Of a stretch of DNA of 64,000 nt, positions 1-13,160 are shown in pieces. The notes below the pieces were generated by a model. It ran no database searches, had not been told where the DNA came from, and saw only the letters and a program-made list of their open reading frames with translations. The stretch comes from Camelus dromedarius (Eukaryota), in contig NC_087449.1 of NCBI RefSeq assembly GCF_036321535.1, positions 62,620,001 through 62,684,000 on the forward strand, read 5' to 3'. Within the stretch, counting starts at the first letter, position 1; each line of letters starts with the position of its first letter. The translations under genes and the position numbers were made by a program.

Positions 1-429
1 ATGTGACAGCAACCCTACCTTTGTCACTCTGTGGTTCAGTAACAGAGTGTGACCCCTTTTAAGTGACTGTCCTGAAGCACTGTCACGTGTGTTCCAGCGA
101 GCCTGTGCGCCTCAGGGAGGAAAGGGCTCTTCCTTTCTGTTCTAAACTGGACTTTAGGGCTAGACTCATCATTATCCTCAGTTCAGGGCCCACTATCATC
201 ACTGGCCTTCTATTTATTTTAAATGATATAATAAACATCTGTGAAACCACTATCCCTAGCACGAAAACCCCATTGTTTGACCATAACTTGAATCTCTCTG
301 TGTGGTCCTCTGCCGCTCCCCCCTCCCCTCGTCCCTCTTCTGAGATAGCCACTTCTGAATCTCGTATTTATCATCTCCTTACTTTTCTTCTGCACGTAGT
401 CTTATCACATTTCTAAGTATGCTCTGGTA

Positions 430-860
430 TGGTCCTGTTACATTCTTTGGTTTTCACTGTTTGGAGCTTTTGAAAAAGGATGGCACTGCCTTTTTACGTT
501 TTGGGACTTGCTTCTTCCTCCAATATGAAGTCATATTGCTAAGATTCAGCCATTCTTTTGTGTGCTGCTGTAATTCATTTATTGTACTGGCTTAAAATTA
601 TTCCAGGGTATGAATATACCATCATTCACTCATCTTCTGTTGCTGGCACGTGGGTTGTTTCCAGGTCTTTCTACTACAAACGATGCTGTGTACATCCCTG
701 TACCTGTCTCCCAGTGACCCTGGGAAAGAGTTTCTTTGGGTACATATCTAGGTGTCTGCTGGATCACAGGGCATGAGTATTCACCTAACGAGATAATTCC
801 AATTGTCTTCAGAGTGGCTGAGCCAATTTATGCTCCCACCAATAATGCATTTCAGAGAGC
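430..860 (-). mobile_element. Old L1 (L1ME-like) 3' fragment
   Basis: Degenerate antisense L1 3' motifs (ttattccagggtatgaatatacc, gggttgtttccag, gggtacatatctagg, aatttatgctcccaccaa). Confidence 0.65.
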
Positions 861-889
861 CTAGTAATCTATATACTTTCCAGCACCTG

Positions 890-1025
890 GTATTGTCCAG
901 GACACAGCCACTGGCCATGTGTGGCTCTTGAGCATTTGAAATGTGGCCAGTGTGCCTAAGGAACTGAATTTTAAAATTTTAATTTAAATTAACTTAGATT
1001 TAAATCGGGTATTACATAGCACTGG
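890..1025. mobile_element. MER3-like hAT-Charlie MITE fragment
   Basis: cagccactggccatgtgtggctcttgagcatttgaaatgtggccagtgtgcctaaggaactgaattttaaaattttaattt resembles the MER3 consensus. Confidence 0.75.
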
Positions 1026-3234
1026 CCCAGCCTCTTAAATTTTTGCTGCTTGAAGGGGTATAAAACAGCGTCCTGTTCTCTCTTCATGCTTCCCTTGTCC
1101 TTTCAACCCAAAGCATAAAGGAGTCTGTCAAAAAAAGTGGGGAAGACGTGGAGCCTGCCCACAGGCGCCAGAGCAGAAAGATCGACTTCCACACTACCCC
1201 CACCCATCGCTGCAGACCGTCCTCGGACCATCCTCTGGCTTCCCCAGGCTGCCTTTGGCTCCTTTTCTAATGATCACCTTCACTGTCAAGATGTGCTGCT
1301 TCTTGGGCAGGGTCTTGGTACCACAATCCTGGGGACAGCAGATCATTAAACAAGAGGTGGCGAAACCACGCCCACTCACCTCTCATTAGCTGACAGCAAC
1401 CTTCACTAACACTCAACACAAAGGGGAGTTTACAGCATGAGTCTGTTTAGTGCATATGCAGCAACTCTGCCTCCACAAACCTTTGTTTAGCCAGAGGTCT
1501 GTGGTGGACTTAATTGCTGCCAGCTGGGGGCTCGTCGGCCATTTTAAGCCCTCGGCTGCTGCGGTTTATGAATTTCACAGTGTATAGAAAGAAGCAGGCC
1601 TTCCAGTCAACCAGCTAATCCAAAATGTCAGCACCAAGCGAACTTGAGCTTTGAACTCCAGGAAAATGTCAGGGAGCCGGCTGTGCAGCGCGGACGGTTC
1701 CCCCCGGGGACGGGGCTGCTGATACAGTGGCTGATACACTGCAGATACCCATCCACCTCGCGAGAGCCGCTCAGAACGAGCCCGCATCTGGCCGCTGCCG
1801 TCTGACGTGTGCTGGAGGCCCAAACCAGAGGCCGGGGTAATGAAAACAATCTCTGTCATTTTCTTTAAGCAACAATAAATCCAAACAAGGTGACACAGGA
1901 GATCTAACCAATTCCATCCACTCGGCTGATCCTGCCTTTCAGCCTGAGGGTCAACGGTTGGCCAGCCACTATTTGTTCTCCGCTTATATGATGAGTAACT
2001 ATGTCATAGCTCTATTAGTTGAAGACAGATGTTGTACACAGACACACACCCCTGTCCAGAGTGAGTTCAGATATTCGTCGGTGGAGGAATCTGTCATGGC
2101 CAGTGTCTATCAACCAAGAGAGGTTCCAAAACAATCGGTAAATGAGGAGAAAGTGTGTGTGTCAAACGTGTGACTTCCTAGGGTAACGGAATGTTTACTC
2201 AACTGATGACTGCCATCTTCCGTAGAGGCTGCGTGTACTGACCCCAACAAAGCGATGGGCTGTGCTTGCATTTACTTTATGTGAGTGTTGCAGACTTTTG
2301 TTTTAATTAAATATTTTACCAATATCTACTGTGCTCAACTGAGCACAGGCAATTAGGCTGAGAACAGAAGGTCAACCCAGACTCTCTCTTCAAATACTAC
2401 TTGGTAATGGATGACAGCTAGGAGATACCAGAATTCTTGACTGAATGGTCCAGGCAAACATTTGTCAGTTCTCTAAAAGGAACTCAACAGTCTATCTAAA
2501 CAGTACCTCCTGCACTAGGGTGTATGAATTGGTTAAAACTTCGTTTGCAGTGCAGTGTGTGGATGTTCACGAAGCCTGCTGGGTTCCGGGCGACACCTGA
2601 CCTCTGACCTGCAGCCCCCCACTCCACTACTGTTTCCACTTTCAAAGACCAAGTGGAAAAGCATTTCTTTTCCACAGATTTTACTCCTTTCGGCGCAAAC
2701 TGTGATCAGAGGAGACTCTACTGGAGGATGGAGACCTCTAAAGCTTGGCTCAGTTCGCATGAGACATTCTTCCCTATAGTTCCATGACAAACAGAATTCC
2801 ACTTTCTAGAACCTACTCACGAGACAGTGTTCCATCCACAGGTTTAATAATAACCACTGAGCTCTGGCTGCGATAAATCTTGAACCAAGAAAATTATACC
2901 AAATATCTACTACAATTTGGATTTTGAACACATGGGAAAAAAAAAAAAAAAGGCTGGGCAGAAAGAAACCCTCTGTCAGTAGAGAGGCTGGCTCCTAAAT
3001 GCAGTTACTGAGGACCCACACGGAGAGCCTAGAGAATCACTTGTGCCTGCCTCTGCTCACCCCCACCCCCACTCCATGTAATGAACTCTCCCGAGCACAG
3101 GCCACGCTAGGACTTTAGGAAGACAGAGATGAATCGAGTTTCCAGGGAGCTTCCTGGAGTCTGATGGAGGATAAACAGAAACAGGCAATTATGATGCAGC
3201 GGGGGAGCGCTAGGTGGGGGCAGTGTAACGTCAC

Positions 3235-3405
3235 GGCTCAGCTGGGCTGCTGGGTCTGAATCCCATTTCCACCATTTCCAAACTGCGACCTATGGCAAGT
3301 TGTGTAGCCTCCTGAAGCCTTGGTATCCTCATCTACAAACGGGTCAGTACGTGTACAGTGCTTATAACGGTGCCTGGTCCATAGCAAGCACTCAGTAAAA
3401 TGCTA
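3235..3405 (+). mobile_element. MIR SINE
   Basis: Core-like gggtctgaatccc...gacctatggcaagt...gccttggtatcctcatctacaaa followed by cctggtccatagcaagcactcagtaaa. Confidence 0.65.
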
Positions 3406-4559
3406 CCGAGGATGCTGACGACGGCGTATCTGCAGAGGGTGCCACGGTGCAGAGGGGCCCTAACTTAGCCCGGCCTAGGTGGCTGAGACCCAAGGCGGGC
3501 TAGGAGCCAAGATCCAATCTTTCTCACTTAGTTTTCTTGTTGGGGAAACTGCTTCAAACTGCAATATTCTCCTTTCCCTTTTGCTTTCTTGTTAACATTC
3601 TACTTACCTCTCCCTAGAGTTCTCAAGTCATGTGTGTAACAACACATAAAATCCCATACTGTACTGCTGCAATGGAAAATGTGGGAAAGATGTTGATTCA
3701 TGAAATCGTTAGAAATTACATTACTATCGCTGTTAAGTTTTCAGTAATTTGACATCTTGCCGCGCGGACGACATTTCCTGGGCTGGGCTTTCTCCCATCG
3801 GTGGGATTCACACCTGACTTGTTTATAGGGGTCAAGGCTTCCTATAACCTAACACATGTTTGGGGGACCCCACGACACTGCAACTGTGACAGCTGGTAGG
3901 ACTAATGCCAACAGATATGCCTACTGGGATTTAAACTCTAAGAACAAAACTAATTCAGAGCTTTTTTCCCTAGTCAGCTAACTGCCTCAGGGGTGTGACT
4001 ACCTGTTCACGAAGCTGGGGGGAGGGGTAAAGCAGACTCGCTTCACAAAGAATTCTAATCAAGTGGATAATGTTATATTGAGATTAGAGCCTGATAACCT
4101 TGGATTTCCTAAAATGCCTAACTTTTGCATGCATTCTGGGGTTCTCTGCTTTTAAAAAAAAATACTTGACAACTTAAAGAGGTTTGTAGCTTTCAACACC
4201 GCTAGAAAAACAAGGCATTTACAAATGCAAGCTTCATTTATGTCCTAAATACAACATTCTGACTCAGAGAGTGTAGTGTTTATAGGAATCTCTCAAGCCA
4301 TGGTCAGTGTCCTTGCTAACTTGTCACCTCTAATGCCAGTCCCAAGACATTTCACATGGGCTAAAATATACAATTCCTGGTAAACTTATTTTGTAGCCAT
4401 GAAGTACAAATGCTAATGAGCTGATTAAATTAAATACACCATATTATTTTCGGATTGATCTCTGGCAAATAATTACATCATTTCTTTTTCCCCAATCTTT
4501 ACATTATCTACTTCCTCCCACAAGTTGATCTCTTTTGAGAGAGAGATGAAATTTAGGAG

Positions 4560-4785
4560 CATGGTTACAGGGTACAGGGAAGAGCACAGAAATTTGGAAA
4601 AAGACTTAAATCCCAGTCCAGTCACTTATTAGCTGACTGACTTTGAAGAAGTTACTGGATTGCTATCAGCCTGTTTCCTTATCAATAAATGGGAATATAC
4701 TGCTTAGTTGGTTGATAATGTTGAGAGAATGTATGAGAGGCACCCAGCACAGCGCCTGGCACATAGTAGGTACTCATAGAAGCTG
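4560..4785 (+). mobile_element. MIR SINE
   Basis: aaatcccagtcc...cacttattagctg...cctgtttccttatcaataaatggg...cagcgcctggcacatagtaggtactca. Confidence 0.75.
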
Positions 4786-5209
4786 TCTCCCTCTCTCCTA
4801 CTCTTATTCAGAATTACTGGGTGTCAAGTCAATGTGAAATACCAGAACGCAAAACTTTTAAAGCTCAGATTTAACATTTTAGCCTGACAGAACCCTGTGG
4901 GAAACATGGTTTAGTGAGTATGTAAGGCTGATTCATGGGGAGCACATCAAATGTCTGGATACAGAGGTGTTTTCTAGAGGAACCAGAGCCTAAGTGTTTA
5001 CTCACCGGACCTACTCCATCCGCATCTTACTTGCTAGAGCTAATGAACCTAGCAGCCCAGTATATTACACCAAGCGTCAGATTCTTAGAATTGGAATAAG
5101 CAGAGTTTTAGAATGCTGCCATTAATGAAATTCACCATAATAGAGGTTTTCGGTGGTAGAACACTTTCTCTAAATGAAGTCTGTACGATCACTGAATATA
5201 CCAACCCTG

Positions 5210-5350
5210 AAAGCGGGGCTGCGCTGACTGAAGGTGGGGGGCGGGGGCGCGTCCCCGGCACCCCCAGCCCCGGTTCTCCACACTCTGCCGTGCGCGGGGC
5301 CTCCCTTGCGGCCGAAGCTGGCAGGGGTACCGCAGCTCTCAGGGGCCTGC
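5210..5350. promoter_or_regulatory. Short CpG/GC-box cluster
   Basis: gcggggctgcgc, ggggcgggggcgcgtccccggc (Sp/KLF-type GC box), ccgtgcgcgggg, tgcggccg. Confidence 0.3.
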
Positions 5351-5734
5351 TGTGCGACTTGTTTGCTTTCCCAAGATCACTTGTCCTCTCAGGCTGGAAG
5401 ATCTATGCAAGGCAAGCTTTTACTATCAAACAGAGAGCATGGTAGAGGTGAGGGGAAAAGGAGAAAGATGCTTCAACAATGGACAAGGACACTGAAAGTG
5501 AGCAACTGCCCTGAGAACGAAACTCGTGCACAGCTGCCACCCTCACAGGGAAAAGCAGCATCCGTCTCAGGCCCCGAGGTTAGTGGCAGCCACTGTGACC
5601 CTGGAAGGCAGCAGAGCCAGCCAGGGACACATCCTCCTTCCAGCCACCAACCTTTTCCTGGGAGGTGGGTGGGGTGGGGGCGGCTCATGGCCTGGAGAGC
5701 GTAGGGGGAGGTGAATGGCAGTTCAGAGGAGCCA

Positions 5735-5825
5735 GAGCCCTCTGTCTCCTCTAGGGTCGCTGTCCCCCAGCACCTAGGACAGGGCCTGGCACACAGAAGG
5801 TGCTCAGTACACAGATGATGAAGGA
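5735..5825 (+). mobile_element. L2 3' end fragment
   Basis: ccccagcacctaggacagggcctggcacacagaaggtgctcagta matches the L2 3' terminus. Confidence 0.6.
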
Positions 5826-7964
5826 AGATACTGGCCACAGCCCACAGGCTGCCTCTGAAGCCACGGTTGTGGAGACGGGGCAGTTGTCGCCAGGCTCCTC
5901 CTCCGAAACGGAGCCGGGCAGGGCTTGGACTTGGTAACAACCCAGGAACCCCTGGGGCACGGGAATGCTGATCATTCCATGGTGGAGGGACACTAGAAAG
6001 TCACCGACCTGAGTCATGTTCTCCCAGGGGGCAACTGGAGAGCTGCCTGGTAGCCTTGGGGGAACACGCACCATCTGCACTTTTCCAGGAACCCTGGAAA
6101 CAGCTCAGGGGTCTGGCTCCCTCCAGATAGTCCACTCCGGTGTTGACACTCAGCACTTAAGCAGCTCAGAATCTTCCAACCAAGGTGATCAGCTCTCTGA
6201 ACCCGCTCAAATCCCAGGAGAACTTCTCCAAAGGATTTTTACTGTCTGGCTTTCGTTATTCCAGCCCCAAGTTTTAGGTTCTTTTGACTTAGAAATATAA
6301 AGGAATCAACCAATTGCCTCCTCCTCCCCTGCCTCCTTCTGACAAGTTGGTGGTTTTTAAGTGTTTTTCCTCAAATTTAACCTATGGCCACAGCTTTCTC
6401 AGAAGCAAAGGCCACCTCTAGGCAAATCTGCCCTCTGCAAACAAGAGACAATACCTTCCCTTTCAACTTGGGTCATACTGGCTCTGGTCCATCGTTCCAA
6501 TGCCCTCAAGAGTAACCTGGATTTTTCAGGCAAAAGAAGAGACTCCTCTTTGTTCTGGCTCTTGCCATGGTGCCTGCGTGTAAAGCCAAGCAGGAATAAG
6601 GCAAAGAGAACATCCATGTGTCTGAATGGGGACTGGGTTCAATGGTGTCCTTTCTCTTTGGACAGGAAGGAAGCAGAACACGGACTGGCAGCTAAGTGAT
6701 ACCGTTTGGTGCCTTGACACAGGGTACCTTTTTGCTTGGTGCCATGACATTCAACCTGGTGATAAAAGATTCTTCTTTATTTGGTGGTAAAAAGGTCAAG
6801 CTGCCTTATAATTAAGTGCCGCCTGTGTGAACATGAATGGGACTGATTGCCATAGTCTATCAACCCTTGGCAAACTGGTTTGTTTGGTCTGGACAGCAAA
6901 CAACATTCCACACTACTGGATTTTCTTTTTTTTCCTCCCAGATCCCCTGCGGCCCCATCACCCCTCAAACCTTTTTTTAAAAAAATTACAATCTGTTCTG
7001 CTGTCTCAAGTTACATCCTGTAAATAATAAGCAACACTGATGAGATGCAAAAAGCTGAAAATTTGTAAAGCAGAGAGATCTGCAGTATGTCCTACATCTG
7101 TGTCACATTAAACACGCACTCAACAGATTTGCTGATTCCTGTCTAATCAGCACACAAGGGTGACGTGGGCCAGAAGGGCTCTCATGCCACACGCCACAGC
7201 AGGGCTGAGCGCCACCAGAGGCAGGCGGGGAGGGGCAGAGCTGGCCTCACGAGATGGAGAGGCTGAGCCCACAATGCAGAGGACACTCGGCTGCCAGTCT
7301 GCTTCATTCTGGGGACATGTGCATCGTGGACTGGCGGGTCACAGCTGTGGTTAGGTCATGGGAGAACCACCTCAATGCTGGTGAAGCTGGGCCCATGCAG
7401 TTAAACTAAATAACATGTTTCAATGGTAAAATGTCTCATTTGAAGGAGCTGGCTCCCTGTACATTAAAATGACTACAAAATAAAAATAGAACAGAAGGAA
7501 ACCAATTAAGGTCCATTTGGCAAAATGCCTAAGAGGCTACTAGAGATGGGAGTTGCTGTGCCAGGCAAAATTTTATCCCATCTTTATTTCTTCCAAGCGT
7601 TTTACACGCACACACATACACGCACATTTTTGTAAGCATGCGTGCAGGCACTCATATTACCATTTAAGAAAAATTGGCAGAGCATGAGAGAGAAATTGGC
7701 ATGTTTTAAACTTGTGGCATCATGCTGAGTCCCTGAATGATTATAAGGCTCCGTGTTGGAAAAAACCAGATTCAGGCTCAACACAGTCTTTAAGCGCAGG
7801 AGCATGTGAACCCCTAAGGATACTCTTTGGAAAAACAGCATGTGGCCACCTCAGCCAGCTCTCTTACATTGTATTTCCCCATCAGCCTTAGGTAAGAAGA
7901 CACCAGGACTAAGAGTTCTGGGTCACCAGGGTCCCCTGTATGTCTCTGTAGGTGCGTTTACTGA

Positions 7965-8120
7965 GTGTGGACTAAACACCGGGCACCCTAAGCTTCACAA
8001 CATTCTTCTAAGGATGTGTTTTATTAGCACTCCATTTCATGGAAGAGGAAACCACGCCTTAGAGAGATTATAAAGTTTGTTCAAGGCCACCCGGCTGGTA
8101 AGTGGCAAAACCAAACTTGA
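7965..8120 (-). mobile_element. MIR SINE
   Basis: ccatttcatggaagaggaaacc...agagagatt...caaggccacccggctggtaagtggc, reverse of the MIR core. Confidence 0.65.
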
Positions 8121-8859
8121 TCTTGGGTCTTTCCGATTCTCTTGGACTCAGTAGATTTATCAGCATGACTGTGATGAAAATCTCTTTACTACATACTCTG
8201 AGTTAAGCATTCTGAAGTTTCTGGAGGGTTAGTAAAGAAGGCATAACATGACCTCAAGAAGCTTACAGTCCAACTGGGAAGACAGGGTGTTCTCACCCAG
8301 ACCACATGTCGGTGATGGAAGCTCTAAGGAGGTCTGGCACCACACACTGCAGAGGGCAGAATGGGCTGCCTGGGAGGCCTGGCTTCAGCAGGGCTCTGCC
8401 TAAAGGCAGAGCAAGATTTTTACTAGTACAACAATGTATAGCATCAGTACGAATCTGCCAGGTTTTACCACAGGAACTAGTGGTAAACAAATACTAACAA
8501 GTAGGAGGAAACAAGTAAGATAAAAGACAGGTAACAGACCACACCACATACGATCTAAGAACATCTGACTGAAGCCTCATTCTTGATGCTAAAGCAGTTG
8601 ACTGGGCACCTGTAAGCAGCGTCAGCTCTCCTTCAACAGTCATGATGCAGACTTTAACTTCATGAATGGAACCCAACAAGTGGCTAATCTAAGTTTTATT
8701 AATATTTGGAAGAAAGAGGTGTACTAATGTGGATGAGAAACTGATAAAAGGACACACCTATTGGAAGGGGAGGACCAACACAGGATGCAAACAAACAAAA
8801 ACAAACACACTAAAAAAAGAAGACAAGTTCTGACCTCAAGGGTTTACAAAGGATTGGGG

Positions 8860-9470
8860 TGAAGAATATGCAAAGATAATTCACAAAAGAAGAGCCCCAA
8901 GTGGCCAAACGAAATATGAAGATGACGCAACACTCCTAGGTGTGGAGGACATGCCAGGAGGAGCACTGAAACCTCTACTCTCAGACTGGCAGGGGCTCAG
9001 AAGAAGGACAAAGCCTTGTTCCCAGTACAGTACCTATTTCATAACTCTGGACTGAATTGAGTAAATGAATGCATTTATCCTTTACCCAGCAATTCTATTT
9101 TTAGAAATTTACCCTAAAGAGAGAATTATGCACATGTGGAAAGACGCTTATGATGGCAAAAAAAATGGAAACGTCTATCGATAAAGGACTAGTTAAGTGT
9201 ATTGCTGTGTATGTGCAATTTAGTATTTATAAATGTTAAAATGATTTACTAGTATAATGTTAAAAATGATTTATTAATGTAATATAATGTTAAAAGTGAT
9301 TTACTTTTAGGCATCAATAGTCGTGCCTCTATGATTCACGTAAAATCATGTATCTGCACGTATTGGGGGGTGTGTGTGTGCACATGTGTACGTACAAACA
9401 GAGGTATCTGGCTGAGTTACCATTATTGACCTTTTGGTGATTATTAACGGCCAGTGGGATTGAGTTCTGT
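8860..9470 (+). mobile_element. Old L1 (L1ME-like) 3' fragment
   Basis: aattcacaaaagaagag...ggccaaacgaaatatgaagatg; atcctttacccagcaattctatttttagaaatttaccctaaag. Confidence 0.65.
9228..9303. repeat. Three imperfect copies of a ~21-nt AT-rich unit (tataatgttaaaaatgattta)
   Basis: Copies at ~9228, 9253 and 9283. Confidence 0.7.
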
Positions 9471-10110
9471 TTACTTTCTTTTTAAAAATAGGAATAATAG
9501 TAACTACCTCACTGGCCTGCTGTAAGAATTAAAGAGACGACTTGTGCAAGGTTCTTGGAACAAGGTCTATACACTGTGCGTGCTCATATATTGTTTGAAT
9601 TTTCAGAGCGGTCCACATCTGTACATATCTTTAAGCTCATACAATAGAACTACTTTTTAAAAAGATGATTCAGGGAGCAGTCAAGCACAAACGCCAAAAT
9701 GTCTAAGGCACACTTAAGACACAAAGCATGACTGAGGGCAAATTTCTATGATTCCATACTGTATACAAGCACAGGTTGAGTGCACACCAGGAAAGGAGGA
9801 GTGAGAATGGCCAGGCTTTGTCTGGAATGGCTTTCTTCCAAGAGGTAGTCTGAGTGACGACTTCTCCAGAGGAAAGGACCATGAATTGACCATTACTGTT
9901 ACTTCTCCCAAGACCGGGAGGCACGGCCACATGCTACGCTGGATGGCAGTGGGGACCATGGACGCTGCTTTGTTAACCTGAGGGCCCTGTGTAGGAGGCC
10001 TGCCCCCAGCCCGTTGTTTTTCCAGTGAGGTGGGAAGCCCCATGAAAAAGATGGCAGGACCCCCAGGCAGGCTACTACCCTCCTGCCAGCACCATCCGGT
10101 TCCCTGGCCC

Positions 10111-10513
10111 TGTGACATTATCTCGCTTTTTAAACTCTGAAATGGCTTACTTCTAGGAAAGTGGAACTTATACCTAAGATTCTATTGGTTCCCTGAGCTA
10201 ATTCCTGATTGGTCCATTTCCCTCACTCCTGATTGGCCCATTTCTACAAAGCTTGTTCCTAATTAGTCACCTTTGTTATACCTTATTTACATATGATGTT
10301 ACAAAATGTTGCAAAGTCTAGACTGGTAGCCTATAAAAGCCTGTGTGAACCTACAGACGGGGTCCAGAGCTTGGAATGTTAACTCCTCTGGGCCTGCTGG
10401 TGTAATAAACCTGAGTCTCCAACCTTCCGTGTGCTGCCTGGTCTCTCACCCGGATCCAGGTTGCTGTCACAACTGAGCTGTAACACTGAGCTGTAACACA
10501 CTTTGCTGCAACA
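10111..10513 (+). mobile_element. ERV1-like solo LTR (~400 nt), antisense to VPS13D
   Basis: Starts TGT and ends ACA. Three ATTGG boxes (10184-10244), TATAAAA at 10332-10338, AATAAA at 10404-10409 and tandem ctgagctgtaaca in U5, in the correct U3-R-U5 order. No clean TSD found. Confidence 0.8.
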
Positions 10514-12924
10514 CCAGCACTGTCTTGCTCTCTGAATCTGAACAGCAGGAGAGGTCCTCTCTTATCGGTGGTAACTGGCCACTTGGAGCGACACATCATG
10601 ACTGACGAGTGGGAGGTGCCAGGCAGGGCCAAAATGGACCCAGGTGCTCACAGCACATACCCTCAAGAGCCCTGGGAGGCAAGACACAAATTGCAGAAGG
10701 GCTACTCCAAGAACGGGTAAAAGCACAAGCCCTCTGCCTCCCAACTTGCCCAAAACCCCCTTCCTGTAACCCAGGGAGAGGGAACATCTGGACCTGGTTT
10801 TGAGGCTCTCCAGCTGCAGAGCCACTAGAGTAAAGTTCGTGTTTCACTGGAAATTGCATTTCAGGGGCTTATAGACTGTCCTTTCTGATTCTCATCAGCG
10901 TGAAGTACAACCTAGAAGACAAGCTGGTTCACAGACCAAATCAGCTTTGCTTTGAAATGTCCTCCTCTCCAGCCCCTTTTGAAAGTAGAATTAATGGTCC
11001 AGGTGGCGAGAAATCAAAAAATGAAAGAAAAGGACTTGGGGTCATCTCAGGTGCATTTCTGTGCCTTCATAAAAACCAGACTCATCCCCTGGGTCAGAGC
11101 CGGCACCAAACCTTCAGAGCATGTGTTCTCCTAGGAAACGAGAACCAGTGAGACTGAATCCGTGTGAGTCGTTGGCCTGGGGCTTTCCTCTACAGGAGTA
11201 GAAAATCATGTGGACTCAAAATGTGTTAGAACTTGCTGAGAGGCAAGGAGGCCGCAGGGAAGGATGCTAGACCCTGTCAGGCAGAGAGGGCAGCAGAATG
11301 AAGCCCCTGCAGACCCGGCGCCAGCCACTGCTCACTCTCTACCTTGTGCTTTTGGCAACTGGCTTCCCCAGGCAACGGGACCCTAGCTTGCAATCAGCAC
11401 AGACCACCCAGCAGTCGGCACTGGCCCTTCTACCTGGGCCTCACTGTGCCTCTGGGAAAAGCAGGTGCATCTGGGAGTCTGTCAGGTGAAGAGGCCACAG
11501 CACCGCTTCCTGCCATGCAGACAGTGAACACGAAACCTCTGCTCTAGCCTCTCCTGTCAGTCGACGGACTGCTCCTCCCTCTGGGCCTGGAGGCAGCGGC
11601 AGTTAGGCAGGACGAGCCTGTGGCATTCCAAAGAACAAGTTCCTTGGGGTGGAGAGAAGCAGGGAGGCCTGGGACACCCCTGATGCTGACAAAGGAGGGT
11701 GAGTCACACATAAGGCAAGAGGTGACTTGGGAGCTAATGCTCGTCACTGCTCTCTTCCCCAGGGACCAACCGCGTAGACGCAAGCAGCTCAGACCAGACC
11801 CCCTTCTGCATATTACATAAAGCACTGGAACTTTCTAGTGCTTTCTGTCTTAAGATCTTTGCAGATAAGAATCTCTATAAATCCGGTTTGGGGATCATCT
11901 GGCTACCTCATGGCATCTGTAATCACTGTGGAACAGAACAGAAGTAACTCAGAAGAGAAGCAGAACTTCTTCCTACAATTTAACCACTCACTCCCCGCTA
12001 GGGTTTCTCTCTTCACATCCCAAAAGACTAGCCCCAGCATAACTCCTGGATGCCAAATGAGCTCAAGTACATGACAAAAGAGACCCCCAAACAGGTGGCA
12101 CACTAAAAGATACCCAGGACCAAGGTCTGCTAAACTTTGGGTGTAGTAATCATTTCAGTGCCCAAATCATCCAGGGACTACTAGAATCTATTTTAGGCTT
12201 TGAAAGCACCTGGACCGTGGAAGGCTGACTAAATAGAATCCGACTATCTCAGAGGTGGCCAGCCCTTTAGTCTCGTCTCCTACCTCTAGGGCCCTTCTTT
12301 CAGGCCCCACAGCATCAAAATAAACAGAAGCTATCCTTGGCCATCAAAAGAAGGTTACAGCATGCTAAGCACACACTTGGACATTCTCTCCCTCTTCCAA
12401 GGCTTCCTGTACTGTGTCCCAGTAGGCGTTCCCAGGACAGCAGCTGGTGAAGATGGCCTTGGCTGGATGGCAGAGCAAAGACAAGCTGGAACCTGCATGC
12501 GTGTGACTGCTATTTTGTGAAAGTAGAAAATTTTGAACTTAGAAGGATACAGTGGTTCATCACTTGGGGAGGGGTTGGGGTGGGGGATAGGGGGTAGGAT
12601 ACAGCAGAGGGCCCGGGACAGCACAGCCCCTGGACACACCGCTTGGTGGCCTGGTTCTCCAGACCTGCCACCTGCCGCTGCTGCATTAAGCCCGTATGGG
12701 TGAGAAGGTGTGATAAGCACCCTTCAGGCTGTGAGGTCCAGAGCTGACAGTACCTCTCCCCAACTTACTGCATTAAGAGTCTTTCCCTAAATCTTCTAGG
12801 TCATAGCCAGATAGCCGATTCCCACCTTCCACATCCAAGAATCAAAAGGAAGTGAGACCTGGTAAGAGGCCTCAGGTTTAAATCATGGGCTCTTTTGAAG
12901 AGAGAGGCCAAGAGGTGATCCAGA

Positions 12925-13160
12925 AGTAGTGTAGAAGTTAGCAGTGTGTGCTCTGCTTTCAGATGGCCAGGATTCACATTCTGGTTCCCTTTTTCATTAC
13001 TTTTGAGTACTCAGACAAGTTATGAACCTCTCTATGCCTCAACTTTCCCATCTGCAAAATGGGGGAAAATACAGCCCCTGCCTCATTGGGTTGTTGGAGG
13101 ATTACACAGTAATACATATAAGATGCTTAACATAGTGTGCGGCATGTGTAAGCACTCAAA
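12925..13160 (+). mobile_element. MIR SINE
   Basis: gacaagttatgaacctctctatgcctcaactttcccatctgcaaaatgggg...ggttgttggaggatt...gtaagcactcaa. Confidence 0.8.
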
